Shown here piece after piece: positions 18,770 through 28,118 of a stretch of DNA of 64,000 nt; position 1 is the first letter of the stretch; every line of letters starts with the position of its first letter. The position numbers and the translations under genes were made by a program. The notes beneath the pieces were generated by a model that did not search any database, was not told the origin of the DNA, and saw only the letters and a list, made by a program, of their open reading frames with translations. The stretch spans positions 946,622-1,010,621 of the forward strand of contig JADJXK010000002.1 of the NCBI GenBank assembly GCA_016710325.1. The letters are read 5' to 3'. The stretch comes from Candidatus Leptofilum proximum (GTDB lineage: Bacteria > Chloroflexota > Anaerolineae > Promineifilales > Promineifilaceae).

Positions 18770-19768
18770 CTATTGGAATTCCAAGGGCTCTGGTTTGTTG
18801 TCCAGGACGGCTTCGATTTTTTCCATGACGTCATCGGTAAGCTGAGGCACCAGGTCCAGTGCCTTCATGTTTTCTTCTACCTGAGACACTTTAGACGCGC
18901 CGGTGATTACCGTGCTGACGTTGGGATTTTTCAAACACCAGGCGATGGCCAGGCGGGGCATCGTTGTGCCCAGCTCTTCGGCAATGGGCACCAGTTCCTT
19001 GACGGATTGCAGCCGCTTTTGCCCTTCTTCGCTTTCCAACATCTGGCGCAGCCATTCGTAGCCGGGCAGGTTCATGCGCGAATCTTCGGGGATGCCGTTG
19101 TTGTACTTGCCGGTGAGCAGGCCAGAGGCCAGCGGCGACCAGATGGTGGTGCCCAGGCCGATGGTGTCGTAGAGACGGCCGTATTCCACCTCAAAGCGAT
19201 AGCGATGAAACATGTGGTACTGCGGCTGCTCCATCGTCGGCGGGATGAGGTTGTACTGCCGCGCCACGCTGTGCGCTTCCATCAGCTGCTGCGCCGACCA
19301 TTCGGACGTGCCCCAGTAAAACACCTTACCCTGCTCGATGAGCGTGTTCATGCTGCGTACCACTTCTTCCATCGGCAATTCCGGGTCCGGGCGATGGCAA
19401 AAGTAAAGGTCCAGGTAATCGACCTGCAAACGCGCCATCGCCTGGTGACACGCCTCGATGATGTGCTTGCGACTGAGACCCAGCTGTGTCGGCTTGGGGT
19501 CTTTGATGCTGCCCCAGCGCACCTTGCTGGAAACGGTATAGCTGTCACGAGACCAACCCAGCTTCTTCAGCGCCTTGCCCATGATCTCTTCCGACTTGCC
19601 ATGGGCATAAATTTCCGCGTTGTCGAAGAAGTTGACGCCAGCATCGTAAGCAGCCTTCATCATGTCTGCCGCCAAATCCACATCGGCCTGGGTGCTAAAG
19701 GTGACCCACGACCCAAATGACAAGGCACTGACCTTCAGGCCAGATTTTCCTAATCTTCGATATTCCAT
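18770..19768 (-). CDS. Aldo/keto reductase (Kv-beta/Tas-like subgroup)
   Basis: [21 protein letters not shown]..., [25 protein letters not shown] and VITGASK. Confidence 0.9.
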   Translation of the reverse strand: MEYRRLGKSGLKVSALSFGSWVTFSTQADVDLAADMMKAAYDAGVNFFDNAEIYAHGKSEEIMGKALKKLGWSRDSYTVSSKVRWGSIKDPKPTQLGLSRKHIIEACHQAMARLQVDYLDLYFCHRPDPELPMEEVVRSMNTLIEQGKVFYWGTSEWSAQQLMEAHSVARQYNLIPPTMEQPQYHMFHRYRFEVEYGRLYDTIGLGTTIWSPLASGLLTGKYNNGIPEDSRMNLPGYEWLRQMLESEEGQKRLQSVKELVPIAEELGTTMPRLAIAWCLKNPNVSTVITGASKVSQVEENMKALDLVPQLTDDVMEKIEAVLDNKPEPLEFQ

Positions 19769-19855
19769 TTTCTAGCTCCTAATCTGTGGGGCAGCACCAA
19801 ACATGCTGCCAATATCTCTGCCCGTGAGTTTACCGGACGGGGAGAAAAAAATCAC

Positions 19856-19937
19856 CACGAATCGCACGAATAAACGAATGAAACGAATAAAAAATTCGGG
19901 CTATTCGTCCATTCGCCATATTCGTGTTTCGTTTTTC
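19856..19937. repeat. Periodic hairpin repeat (unit about ACGAAT plus 2-3 nt)
   Basis: CACGAAT CGCACGAAT AAACGAAT GAAACGAAT, an A-rich loop, then ATTCGGGCT ATTCGTCC ATTCGCCAT ATTCGTG. Confidence 0.8.
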
Positions 19938-19942
19938 AGCGG

Positions 19943-19971
19943 TTGACGGCCGTTTCCCCCACAGGTAAAAT
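19943..19971 (+). promoter_or_regulatory. Sigma-70-like promoter upstream of the ABC exporter pair
   Basis: TTGACG, a 17-nt spacer, then TAAAAT. An ACGGCCGT copy overlaps the -35 element. Confidence 0.5.
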
Positions 19972-19985
19972 CGCCCCAACCTAGC

Positions 19986-20015
19986 GCCCCGCACCACCCA
20001 TGCGGGGCTTTTTTT
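19986..20015 (+). terminator. Promoter-proximal intrinsic terminator or attenuator
   Basis: An 8-bp GC stem (GCCCCGCA/TGCGGGGC), a 7-nt loop and 7 T residues. It lies about 15-40 nt downstream of the predicted TSS and 21 nt before the ATG at 20037. Confidence 0.6.
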
Positions 20016-20036
20016 GTCGGAATTGGAAGAAAACCC

Positions 20037-21836
20037 ATGCTGCAAAAGCTCAACCTGCCCATCAAACCCTACTGGGATTTGCTGGCCAGCTACCTGAAAC
20101 CGCAAAAAAAGACGGTGCTGTGGCTGGCGCTGCTGCTGGTTGTCAGCATCGGTTTGCAGCTGGCCAACCCGCAAATCGTCAAATATTTCATCGATACAGC
20201 AAGTGAACCGGTTTCCAGCGGCACGGCCGCTTTCCAGCAAGGTCTGCAAAATCTGCTTGGGGCAGCGGCCCTGTTCATGGGCGTGGCCATCGTGCGGCAG
20301 GTGATTGCCTTAACGGCCGTTTACGTGGGTGAAAACGTCGCCTGGACCGCCACCAACGCCTTAAGAGCGGATCTCGCTCTACACTGCCTGCGGCTGGACA
20401 TGGCCTTCCACAAGCAGCACAAGCCGGGCGAACTCATCGAGCGCGTCGATGGCGACGTGAACAAACTGGCCAACTTTTTCTCCCAGCTGTTTATCCAGCT
20501 CACCAGCAACGTGCTGCTGCTCGTTGGCGTGATTGTGCTGCTGTGGCTGGTGGATTGGCGCGTGGGGGTGTCGATTACGGCCGTTTCCCTCCTCGGCGTG
20601 CTGGCGTTGAACTACCTGCGCACCCTCACCGTGCCCCGCTGGGAAGCGCTGCGCCAGACCGAAGCCACCCTGTTTGGCTTCCTCGAAGAGTGGCTCACCG
20701 GCGCCGAAACAATTCGCACCGCGGGTGCCGAACCGTACATCGTGCAAAAAATGCTGCTGCTGGGACGCGAGCGCTGGCTGCGCGTGCGAGACGCCATCAA
20801 GGTCAACGTCTTCGTCTGGAATTTGCCGCTGGGCGTTTTTACCCTCGCCTACATCGCCGCCCACATCTTTGGCACCACCCTCTTCCGCGAAGGCACGCTG
20901 ACGATTGGCGGTATCTACCTCATTTTTTATTACATCGACGTGATTAAAGAGCCATTGTGGAGCATTAACAGGCAGATCGAGGATTTGCAGCGGGCCGCCG
21001 CCAGCATTCGCCGCATCATGGCCCTGCAGGCGGAGCAGCCCACCATGCTCGATGGTCCCGGCGTGCACGTAACCCCTGGTCCGCTGGCTGTCACTTTCGA
21101 CCATGTCTCTTTCTTCTACGCCGACGACCCGGACACGATGATTTTGCAGGATATCGACTTCTGCCTCGAACCAGGCACGGTGCTGGGATTGCTGGGGCGC
21201 ACCGGCAGCGGCAAATCGACCCTCACCAAGCTGCTCTTCCGCTTTTACGATCCCAGCGAAGGGGCGATTTTGCTGGGCAACGATGATGTTCGATTTGATT
21301 TGCGCGACGCCCGGCAGGCGGAACTGCGCCGCCACATCGGGCTGGTGACGCAGGAGGTCCAGCTGTTCCACGCCAGCGTGCGTGACAACCTGACGCTGTT
21401 TGACCCCACCATTAGCGACGCCCAAATCCTGGCCGTGCTGGACGATCTGGGCCTGATGCCCTGGCTGGACAGCCTGCCCGGTGGACTTGACTCACCCTTG
21501 CAGGCGGATGCCAGCCTGTCGGCGGGAGAAGCGCAGCTGCTGGCCTTTGTGCGCATCTTCCTGGCCGATCCGGGGCTGGTGATTATGGATGAGGCGTCGT
21601 CCCGGCTGGACCCGGTGACGGAAATGAAGATCGAGCAGGCGATTGACAAGCTGCTGGCCAACCGCACGGGCATCATCGTCGCTCACCGACTGACCACCGT
21701 GCAGCGCGCCGACGAGATCATGATTTTGGGTGACGGCCGTATTGTGGAATACGGCCGTCGCACCCACCTAGCCGCCGACCCCACCTCCCAGTTTGCCCAA
21801 CTGCTGGTGACGGGGTTGGAGGAGGCAATTACCTGA
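20037..21836 (+). CDS. ABC exporter, fused permease/ATPase (MsbA type), subunit 1
   Basis: A 6-TM domain plus an NBD with GRTGSGKST (Walker A), LSAGEAQLLAF (signature), [11 protein letters not shown] (Walker B) and AHRL (H-loop). Confidence 0.92.
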   Translation: MLQKLNLPIKPYWDLLASYLKPQKKTVLWLALLLVVSIGLQLANPQIVKYFIDTASEPVSSGTAAFQQGLQNLLGAAALFMGVAIVRQVIALTAVYVGENVAWTATNALRADLALHCLRLDMAFHKQHKPGELIERVDGDVNKLANFFSQLFIQLTSNVLLLVGVIVLLWLVDWRVGVSITAVSLLGVLALNYLRTLTVPRWEALRQTEATLFGFLEEWLTGAETIRTAGAEPYIVQKMLLLGRERWLRVRDAIKVNVFVWNLPLGVFTLAYIAAHIFGTTLFREGTLTIGGIYLIFYYIDVIKEPLWSINRQIEDLQRAAASIRRIMALQAEQPTMLDGPGVHVTPGPLAVTFDHVSFFYADDPDTMILQDIDFCLEPGTVLGLLGRTGSGKSTLTKLLFRFYDPSEGAILLGNDDVRFDLRDARQAELRRHIGLVTQEVQLFHASVRDNLTLFDPTISDAQILAVLDDLGLMPWLDSLPGGLDSPLQADASLSAGEAQLLAFVRIFLADPGLVIMDEASSRLDPVTEMKIEQAIDKLLANRTGIIVAHRLTTVQRADEIMILGDGRIVEYGRRTHLAADPTSQFAQLLVTGLEEAIT

Positions 21837-21837
21837 G

Positions 21838-21909
21838 TGGAGAATAGAGATTGGAGATTGGAGACTAAAAATCTCCAATCTCCAGTCTCCAATCTCTTCC
21901 AATTTCCAC
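21838..21909. repeat. Periodic hairpin repeat, GGAGATT family
   Basis: GGAGAAT AGAGATT GGAGATT GGAGACT, loop AAAA, then ATCTCCA ATCTCCA GTCTCCA ATCTCTT. It fills the gap between the two ABC genes. Confidence 0.85.
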
Positions 21910-21910
21910 T

Positions 21911-23740
21911 ATGAACACATTATCGTATTACTGGCGGCTCATCCGCTTTACGCCCAAATACTATGCCGCCGACATCATCACGATATCGATTCACTTTGCC
22001 GTGACCACCGCACTGGGGCTGATTTTGCGCGCCTTTTTTAATGGGCTCACCGGGGAATCCAGCTTTGCCCTGCCGCTGTGGCCCATCGTTGGGCTGCAAA
22101 TTGCCTACGCCATCATCGCTGCGCTGTCCCAAATGGGCGCAGGCTGGGCCTTTATCAACTTCGAGCACATCTCCTATAACCTGCTTATCCGCAACATGCT
22201 GGCGCGCGTCCTGCAAAGGCCCGGCTCCCGCCCGCTGCCGCAAAACGAGGACGGCACCAGCATGTCCACCGGGCAAGCGATCAGCACTTTTCGCGACGAC
22301 ACCCACGAGCTGCTCATGGCCATCGTGGCCGTGGATGACGTGATTGGCCTGCTCATCAGCGCGGGCATTTCGCTGACAATCATGCTGCAAATCAGCGTGC
22401 CGGTGACGCTGGGCACGTTTGTGCCGCTGTTGATTGTGGTGGGCATTGCCCAGCGGCTGGGGGAGCGGGCCAAGCGGTATCGCAAAGCCAGCCGCCAGGC
22501 CACCAGCCAGGTGACGGGCATGATTGCCGACATGTTCAACAGCACCCAGGCGCTTAAGGTAGCCAACGCCGAAACGCGGGTCATCGACCGCTTCCGCCAG
22601 GTCAACGAGCAGCGCAAGCAGACGATGGTGCGCGACAAGCTGCTCACCCAGCTGGTCGATGCCCTCAGCGCAGGCACCATCGAACTGGGCATGGGCTTGA
22701 TTTTGCTGCTGGCGGCGCGGCAAATGTACCTGGGCACGTTTACCCTGGGTGATTTTGCCCTGTTTGCCGCCTACATCTGGCCCGTCACCCAGCTGTTCCG
22801 CATCTTCAGCCGGATGATTACCGGCTACAAGCAGGCGGGCGTCTCCACACAACGTATGGAAACGATGATGCAGGGCGCGCCGGTGGGCGCGGTTGTTGCG
22901 CCTCAGGAGCTGCACCTGGACGGCAGGCTGCCGCCGCTGCCGTACACGCCGAAAACGGCCGTCCACACCCTACAAAACCTATCCACCAAAAATCTCAACT
23001 TCACCTACCCCAGCAGCGAAAACGGCATTCACGACATCAACTTGTCGCTCAAGGCCGGTCAGTTTGTGGTCATCACCGGGCGCATTGGTGCGGGCAAAAC
23101 AACGCTGCTGAAGGTGCTGCTGGGGCTGCTCCCGGCGGATGCAGGGGAGATTTTGTGGAACGGCCGTCCCGTCACTGATCCCGCCAACTTCATGGCGCCA
23201 CCGCGCGTGGCCACCACCATGCAAATTCCGCGCCTGTTCAGCGAGTCGATTCGGGACAACATTTTGCTGGGCCTGCCGGAAAGTGAGGTGGATGTGCGAG
23301 GGGCGGTGCGGACGGCCGTTTTCGAGCAAGACCTGGCACAAATGGAGCAGGGGCTGGACACCATCGTGGGGCCGCGCGGCCAGCGATTGTCTGGCGGGCA
23401 GGCGCAGCGTGTGGCGGCGGCGCGCATGTTTGTGCGCCAGCCGGAGCTGCTGGTGTTCGATGATTTGTCGAGTGCGCTGGATGTGGAGACGGAGAAGGTT
23501 TTGTGGGAAAGATTGTTTAATAGAGATGGGAGATGGGAGATGGGAGATGGGTTAAATCAATCTCCAATCTCCAATCGCCAATCCCCTACTTGTTTAGTCG
23601 TCACTCACCGTCGCACAGCTTTACGCCGGGCGGATCATGTGGTGGTATTGAAAGACGGCCGTATCGCCGACGAAGGCACGCTGGACGAACTGCTGCTGCG
23701 TTGTGAGGAAATGCAGCAGCTGTGGCAGTTGGAAACTTGA
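21911..23740 (+). CDS. ABC exporter, fused permease/ATPase, subunit 2, carrying an in-frame repeat insertion
   Basis: GRIGAGKTT (Walker A), [12 protein letters not shown] (signature), [12 protein letters not shown] (Walker B/D-loop) and VVTHR (H-loop). The extra segment [21 protein letters not shown] lies between the D-loop helix and the H-loop. Confidence 0.9.
   Translation: MNTLSYYWRLIRFTPKYYAADIITISIHFAVTTALGLILRAFFNGLTGESSFALPLWPIVGLQIAYAIIAALSQMGAGWAFINFEHISYNLLIRNMLARVLQRPGSRPLPQNEDGTSMSTGQAISTFRDDTHELLMAIVAVDDVIGLLISAGISLTIMLQISVPVTLGTFVPLLIVVGIAQRLGERAKRYRKASRQATSQVTGMIADMFNSTQALKVANAETRVIDRFRQVNEQRKQTMVRDKLLTQLVDALSAGTIELGMGLILLLAARQMYLGTFTLGDFALFAAYIWPVTQLFRIFSRMITGYKQAGVSTQRMETMMQGAPVGAVVAPQELHLDGRLPPLPYTPKTAVHTLQNLSTKNLNFTYPSSENGIHDINLSLKAGQFVVITGRIGAGKTTLLKVLLGLLPADAGEILWNGRPVTDPANFMAPPRVATTMQIPRLFSESIRDNILLGLPESEVDVRGAVRTAVFEQDLAQMEQGLDTIVGPRGQRLSGGQAQRVAAARMFVRQPELLVFDDLSSALDVETEKVLWERLFNRDGRWEMGDGLNQSPISNRQSPTCLVVTHRRTALRRADHVVVLKDGRIADEGTLDELLLRCEEMQQLWQLET
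23522..23586. repeat. Periodic hairpin repeat (GGAGATG/ATCTCCA) inside the ABC CDS
   Basis: AGAGATG GGAGATG GGAGATG GGAGATG, loop GGTTAAATCA, then ATCTCCA ATCTCCA ATCGCCA ATCCCCT. It is in frame with no stop codon. Confidence 0.85.
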
Positions 23741-23852
23741 CGGTTTCTTAACGGCCGTTTTTGATTTCTTGTCACCCTCTTTACGCCTGAAGGTGTACAC
23801 TGCACGGGTAAATGAGTCCGCTTACCTATGCGCAACCCAGAAGGTATGAGAA

Positions 23853-24584
23853 ATGATTGGGAATCAATTGACCGTTACTTTGGATGAATCGCGGGAGCTG
23901 CAAAAGACGAAAGTGCTCGTCGTTGATGATGATCACGCCATTCGACGATTTTTACGCACTTCTCTCACCGCCCACGGATATGAAGTGTACACCACCGCCA
24001 CCGGAGAAGATGCCGTCTTGCAAACCATCAACCTCCAACCCGATCTCCTCATTCTGGACCTGGGGCTGCCGGGCATGAACGGCATTGACGTCACCAAAAG
24101 GATTCGGGAATGGTCGCAAATCCCCATCGTGTTCCTGTCGGTGCAAAACCAGGATTCGGACAAGATCGAAGCGCTAGATGCCGGAGCCGACGACTATGTG
24201 ACCAAACCGTTTAGCATCGGGGAATTAACTGCCCGGCTGCGCGTGGCCATACGGCACATGCAGCAAGAAGAGGAACAGCTCGTCTTTGTAAAAGACAAAC
24301 TGCGTGTCGATTTAACGGCGCGTGTGGTGACCTTCGGTGGCCAAGAAGTTCAGCTGACACCTACCGAATATGATCTGCTTAAGGTGTTGGTCCAATACGC
24401 CGGACGGGTACTGACCCACCAGCAGCTGCTCAAAGAAGTGCGCGGCGCCGGGGCGCAAACAGACACCCACCTGCTGCGCGTACACATGAGCAACCTGCGG
24501 CACAAAATTGAAGAGGATCCGACCAATCCTCAGTACATTCTAACCGAGCCAGGGGTAGGCTACCGCTTAAGAATTGATATTTAA
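23853..24584 (+). CDS. kdpE: OmpR-family response regulator, KdpE-like
   Basis: VLVVDDDHAIRRFL...DLLILDLGLPGMNG...ALDAGADDYVTKPFSIGEL plus a winged-helix C-terminus. It is convergent with kdpD, and the stop codons overlap. Confidence 0.85.
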   Translation: MIGNQLTVTLDESRELQKTKVLVVDDDHAIRRFLRTSLTAHGYEVYTTATGEDAVLQTINLQPDLLILDLGLPGMNGIDVTKRIREWSQIPIVFLSVQNQDSDKIEALDAGADDYVTKPFSIGELTARLRVAIRHMQQEEEQLVFVKDKLRVDLTARVVTFGGQEVQLTPTEYDLLKVLVQYAGRVLTHQQLLKEVRGAGAQTDTHLLRVHMSNLRHKIEEDPTNPQYILTEPGVGYRLRIDI

Positions 24585-27274
24585 GACTCTGGTGCGGCCT
24601 CTGACCTCCCGGGGTTGGCTTGAGGCAGCCGCATAAAAAAGACCGCTCCACCACCCGGTCGATTTTGCGCCCAAACACGGCCGTTGTGGGCCTCCACAAT
24701 CCCGCGTGTAATCGATAACCCCAGCCCCGTGCCGCTAACGCCGCCAGGGTTCAACCGGAAAAACTTGTGAAAGATGTGTTCCAATTCGGCCTCGGGTATC
24801 CCAGGACCGCGATCTTTGACGGCAAGAATGACGTTTCCTTTTTCCTGGTAAGCCTCTACTTCAATCGACTCCTCTGGCAGCGCGTACTTCACGGCATTGT
24901 CCAGTAGATTCATCAGCGCCTGAATCATCAAGGTCAAATCGATGGCCACGTGCGGAAGGTTGTTGGGCAGGTTGTGCTTAACAATGCGTCCCTGAAGCCG
25001 GTAAGCCATTTGGGCCAGCGTCGCTCCCAACAGCTCCTGAACTTCATAGGGCTGGCAGCGTATTTTTAAGGCCCCGGACTCCAGGCGCGTGATATCCAGC
25101 AAATTACCCACCAGCCGATTTAACCGCAGCGACTGCTCCCAGGCTGTCTGCACCAGATCAAGTCTGGCTTCTTCCGTGAGCAGATTGGCATCGTCCAGGA
25201 TGCTGCTTAAGGCCCCGGTAATCGAGGCCAGCGGCGTGCGCAAATCGTGAGAGATAGAGTTGAGCAGCGTCGTCTGCAATTTTTCGGTTTCTTCCAACAG
25301 TTTGGTCTGGCGCGCCTCTTCGGCGAGCTGGGCCTTCTCCAGCGCCAGGGCGGTTTGGCTGGCGATGGCGTTCAGCAGATAACGCTGTTCGCTGGCAAAT
25401 GAGTGCCGGTAGTCGTCTGAAACTTCCACAGATAACACGCCAATTACCCTGCCCGAAGTTTTCAGGGGCATGTAGTAAGCCGCCACGCCGTTTAACGTGT
25501 CGGTATGGCAGCCAGCGGGCTGCCCGTGGCGAAAGACCCAGTCAACAACTGCCAGACCTTCTGGTTCATGTTGGTAGATGGCCGTACTGGCCTGCAATCT
25601 ACAGCGCTCCCGGTTTTCATCGGCCAAAAAAATGGCAGATGGGCTGTGCAAGGTTGTCTCGATATGGGAAACGGCCGTGTCGGCAATATCGCCCAGGTTG
25701 GAAACGGTGGCCAGCCGCTGGCTCAATTCATAAAGGGCCGCGGTCTGGTTCTCGCGGCGGCGTGCCGACTGTGCCTGCTCCTGGGCGCGGGCCGCGAGCG
25801 AACTGATGACAACTCCTACCGCCAGCAAACCGCCAAAGGTGAGCAGGTATTCGGCGTCAGCCACGACAAAGGTGTAGTAGGGTGGCACAAAAACAATGTC
25901 AAAGGCAATCACACTGAGAAAAGAAGCCATGATCGCTGGCCAACGACCCAGCCAGACGGCCGTTACCATCACAACCACCAGGTAGAGCATCACCAGATTA
26001 GTAGGATTGATAAACGGCCGTAACGGCAAGCCCAGTAACGTCCCCAACAGCACCAAACCGGCACTCAGCAAATACCACTGCCAGGCAATTTGATGCGGCC
26101 CCGACCACAGCGGCGACGGTGGCGACGACAGTGGATCCGCCTTGTCGCTGATGACGTAAACATCCATGTCCTGGCTGTGGCGCAAAATCTGGTCGATGAG
26201 CGAGCCGCGCAGCCATTCATGCCAGCGCGGCCGCAGCGGCTTCCCGGCCACCAGCTTTGTCACGTTGCGGCTTAAAGCGTAGGTTGTCAGCGTCTCCGCC
26301 ACCGAAGGGCCAGACAGCCGAACCGTCTGCGCCCCCAGCTCCTGCGCCAAACGCAGCGTCTGCGCCACCCGCTCTTCCTCCACTTCTGATAAACCAGTTC
26401 GGGCAGGCGCCTCCACGTAAGCCGCAATCCATTCGGCATCCAGTCGCCGCGCCAGCCGCCGCGTCGTGCGCACCAACCGCTCGCTCAAAGGGCTGGGACC
26501 CACACACACCAACAGCCGTTCGCCCGCAGGCCACGGCCCTGGAATAGCGTGGGACTGCATGTAGGAACGCATCTGTTCGTCAATGCGCTCGGCCGCCCGG
26601 CGCAAGGCCATTTCCCGCAAAGCCGTCAGATTCCCAGGACGAAAGAAGCGGCGCAGGGCATGTTCAGCTTGAGCCGGGATGTATATTTTGCCCGCTTCCA
26701 ACCGGGCCAACAGCTCATCAATCGGCAGGTCAATGAGCTCAATCTCGTGCGCTTCATCCAAAATATAGTCGGGAATAGTCTCGTGGACAATAATGCCCGT
26801 CACCTGGTTCACCACGTCATTCAGGCTTTCCAGGTGCTGAATATTTACCGTGGTATAGACATTGATACCGCTGTTGAGCAGCTCCTCAACATCTTGATAG
26901 CGGCGCGTGTGCCGCGAGCCTGGCACGTTGGTGTGGGCCAGCTCATCTACCAGGACGATTTGCGGCCGTCGCTCCAGTATTCCATCGGGATCCATTTCGG
27001 TAAGGCGAATATCGCGGTAAACAATTTCGCGCCGCGGCAATATTTCCATGCCCTCTAGCAGCGCATCCGTTTCCGCCCGGCCGTGGGTTTCAATGTACCC
27101 CACAACAACATCATACCCTTCTTCGTGGCGCTGCCGGGCAGCTTCAAGCATGGCATACGTCTTGCCCACACCGGCAGCGTAACCAAGAAAAATTTTCAGC
27201 TTACCGCGTTTTTCCCAAACCTCTTCACGCTGAATCTGGCTAAGAAGTTGGTCAGGATCAGGTCGTTTGTTCAT
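24581..27274 (-). CDS. kdpD: Full-length sensor kinase KdpD (KdpD N-terminal domain, Usp, 4 TM, GAF, HisKA, HATPase)
   Basis: GKLKIFLGYAAGVGKTYAML (KdpD P-loop). The DUF4118-type membrane region has FDIVFVPPYYTFVV. H-box SISHDLRTPL, and G-boxes DRGPGI and GTGLGL. Confidence 0.95.
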   Translation of the reverse strand: MNKRPDPDQLLSQIQREEVWEKRGKLKIFLGYAAGVGKTYAMLEAARQRHEEGYDVVVGYIETHGRAETDALLEGMEILPRREIVYRDIRLTEMDPDGILERRPQIVLVDELAHTNVPGSRHTRRYQDVEELLNSGINVYTTVNIQHLESLNDVVNQVTGIIVHETIPDYILDEAHEIELIDLPIDELLARLEAGKIYIPAQAEHALRRFFRPGNLTALREMALRRAAERIDEQMRSYMQSHAIPGPWPAGERLLVCVGPSPLSERLVRTTRRLARRLDAEWIAAYVEAPARTGLSEVEEERVAQTLRLAQELGAQTVRLSGPSVAETLTTYALSRNVTKLVAGKPLRPRWHEWLRGSLIDQILRHSQDMDVYVISDKADPLSSPPSPLWSGPHQIAWQWYLLSAGLVLLGTLLGLPLRPFINPTNLVMLYLVVVMVTAVWLGRWPAIMASFLSVIAFDIVFVPPYYTFVVADAEYLLTFGGLLAVGVVISSLAARAQEQAQSARRRENQTAALYELSQRLATVSNLGDIADTAVSHIETTLHSPSAIFLADENRERCRLQASTAIYQHEPEGLAVVDWVFRHGQPAGCHTDTLNGVAAYYMPLKTSGRVIGVLSVEVSDDYRHSFASEQRYLLNAIASQTALALEKAQLAEEARQTKLLEETEKLQTTLLNSISHDLRTPLASITGALSSILDDANLLTEEARLDLVQTAWEQSLRLNRLVGNLLDITRLESGALKIRCQPYEVQELLGATLAQMAYRLQGRIVKHNLPNNLPHVAIDLTLMIQALMNLLDNAVKYALPEESIEVEAYQEKGNVILAVKDRGPGIPEAELEHIFHKFFRLNPGGVSGTGLGLSITRGIVEAHNGRVWAQNRPGGGAVFFMRLPQANPGRSEAAPES

Positions 27275-27326
27275 AGAACACAGTTAATTTTCCCGGGTCT
27301 TCAGGAATTCAGGGGGTTTAAAATCC

Positions 27327-27400
27327 GTGATGCGTGAAACGTGACCAGAGAGACATCACGCTTCACGTTTCACGCCAAACCCCACGAAATCCCAAAGAGC
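27327..27400 (+). repeat. GTGAAACGT-family dispersed element, copy 3
   Basis: GTGATGCGTGAAACGTGACCAGAGAGACATCACGCTTCACGTTTCACGCCAAACCCCACGAAATCCCAAAGAGCC. It aligns with the reverse complements of 7040..7127 and 11851..11943. Confidence 0.8.
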
Positions 27401-27410
27401 CATTTTTCCT

Positions 27411-28004
27411 TTAGGAGTCACCAGCCGCCAAAACATCCAGCGCCAGGTTTAAACGAAGGACATGAACCCGCGGCTCACCCAACAGGCCAAAGATGCGTGG
27501 CTCAGTGTATTCGTTCACCAGGTTGCGGACAACGGCCGCATCCATCCCCCTCACCTCAGCCACCCGTCCCACCTGGTACTCCGCCGCCGCCAGGCTGATG
27601 TGCGGGTCCAGGCCGCTGGCGGATGCCGTGACCAGGTCCACCGGAATGGGCAGCGGGTTGGTGGGATCAGCGGTTTGCAAGACCGCGATTCGGGCGGCCA
27701 CCCGTTCTGTCAACGCCGGGTTGCTTGGGGCAGTCGTAGAACCAGCCGAGGCCGCCGCATTGTAGGGCGATGGCTGCGTCAGGGACGGCCGTCCCCAAAA
27801 GTAGGCCGGGTCATCAAACGGCTGGCCGATAAGTTCCGACCCCACAATGACGCCGTCTTGCTCAAGCAGGCTGCCATTGGCCTGGTGAGGAAAGAGGGTT
27901 TGGGCAACGGCCGTTACCAGCAGCGGATAAATCACCCCGGTCAGCAGGGTAAATCCCCCCAAAAACACCAGTGCCCCTCGCAAATAGCGTAATAATAGTC
28001 TCAT
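27411..28004 (-). CDS. kdpC: K+-transporting ATPase subunit C
   Basis: 197 aa with an N-terminal TM segment. SGLDPHIS motif. Positioned after kdpB. Confidence 0.92.
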   Translation of the reverse strand: MRLLLRYLRGALVFLGGFTLLTGVIYPLLVTAVAQTLFPHQANGSLLEQDGVIVGSELIGQPFDDPAYFWGRPSLTQPSPYNAAASAGSTTAPSNPALTERVAARIAVLQTADPTNPLPIPVDLVTASASGLDPHISLAAAEYQVGRVAEVRGMDAAVVRNLVNEYTEPRIFGLLGEPRVHVLRLNLALDVLAAGDS

Positions 28005-28022
28005 GAGTCACTCTCTTATTAT

Positions 28023-28114
28023 GGTAATCGGTAATCCGTTATCCGTAAGCGGTAATCCATTCACTGATTACCGCTTACCGTTCACCGCTTACCGTTCACC
28101 GTTCACCGCTTACC
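28023..28114. repeat. Periodic hairpin repeat, CGGTAAN family (7-nt units)
   Basis: GGTAATC GGTAATC CGTTATC CGTAAGC GGTAATC, a loop, then ATTACCG CTTACCG TTCACCG CTTACCG TTCACCG TTCACCG CTTACC. It lies between kdpB and kdpC. Confidence 0.85.
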
Positions 28115-28118
28115 TTCC

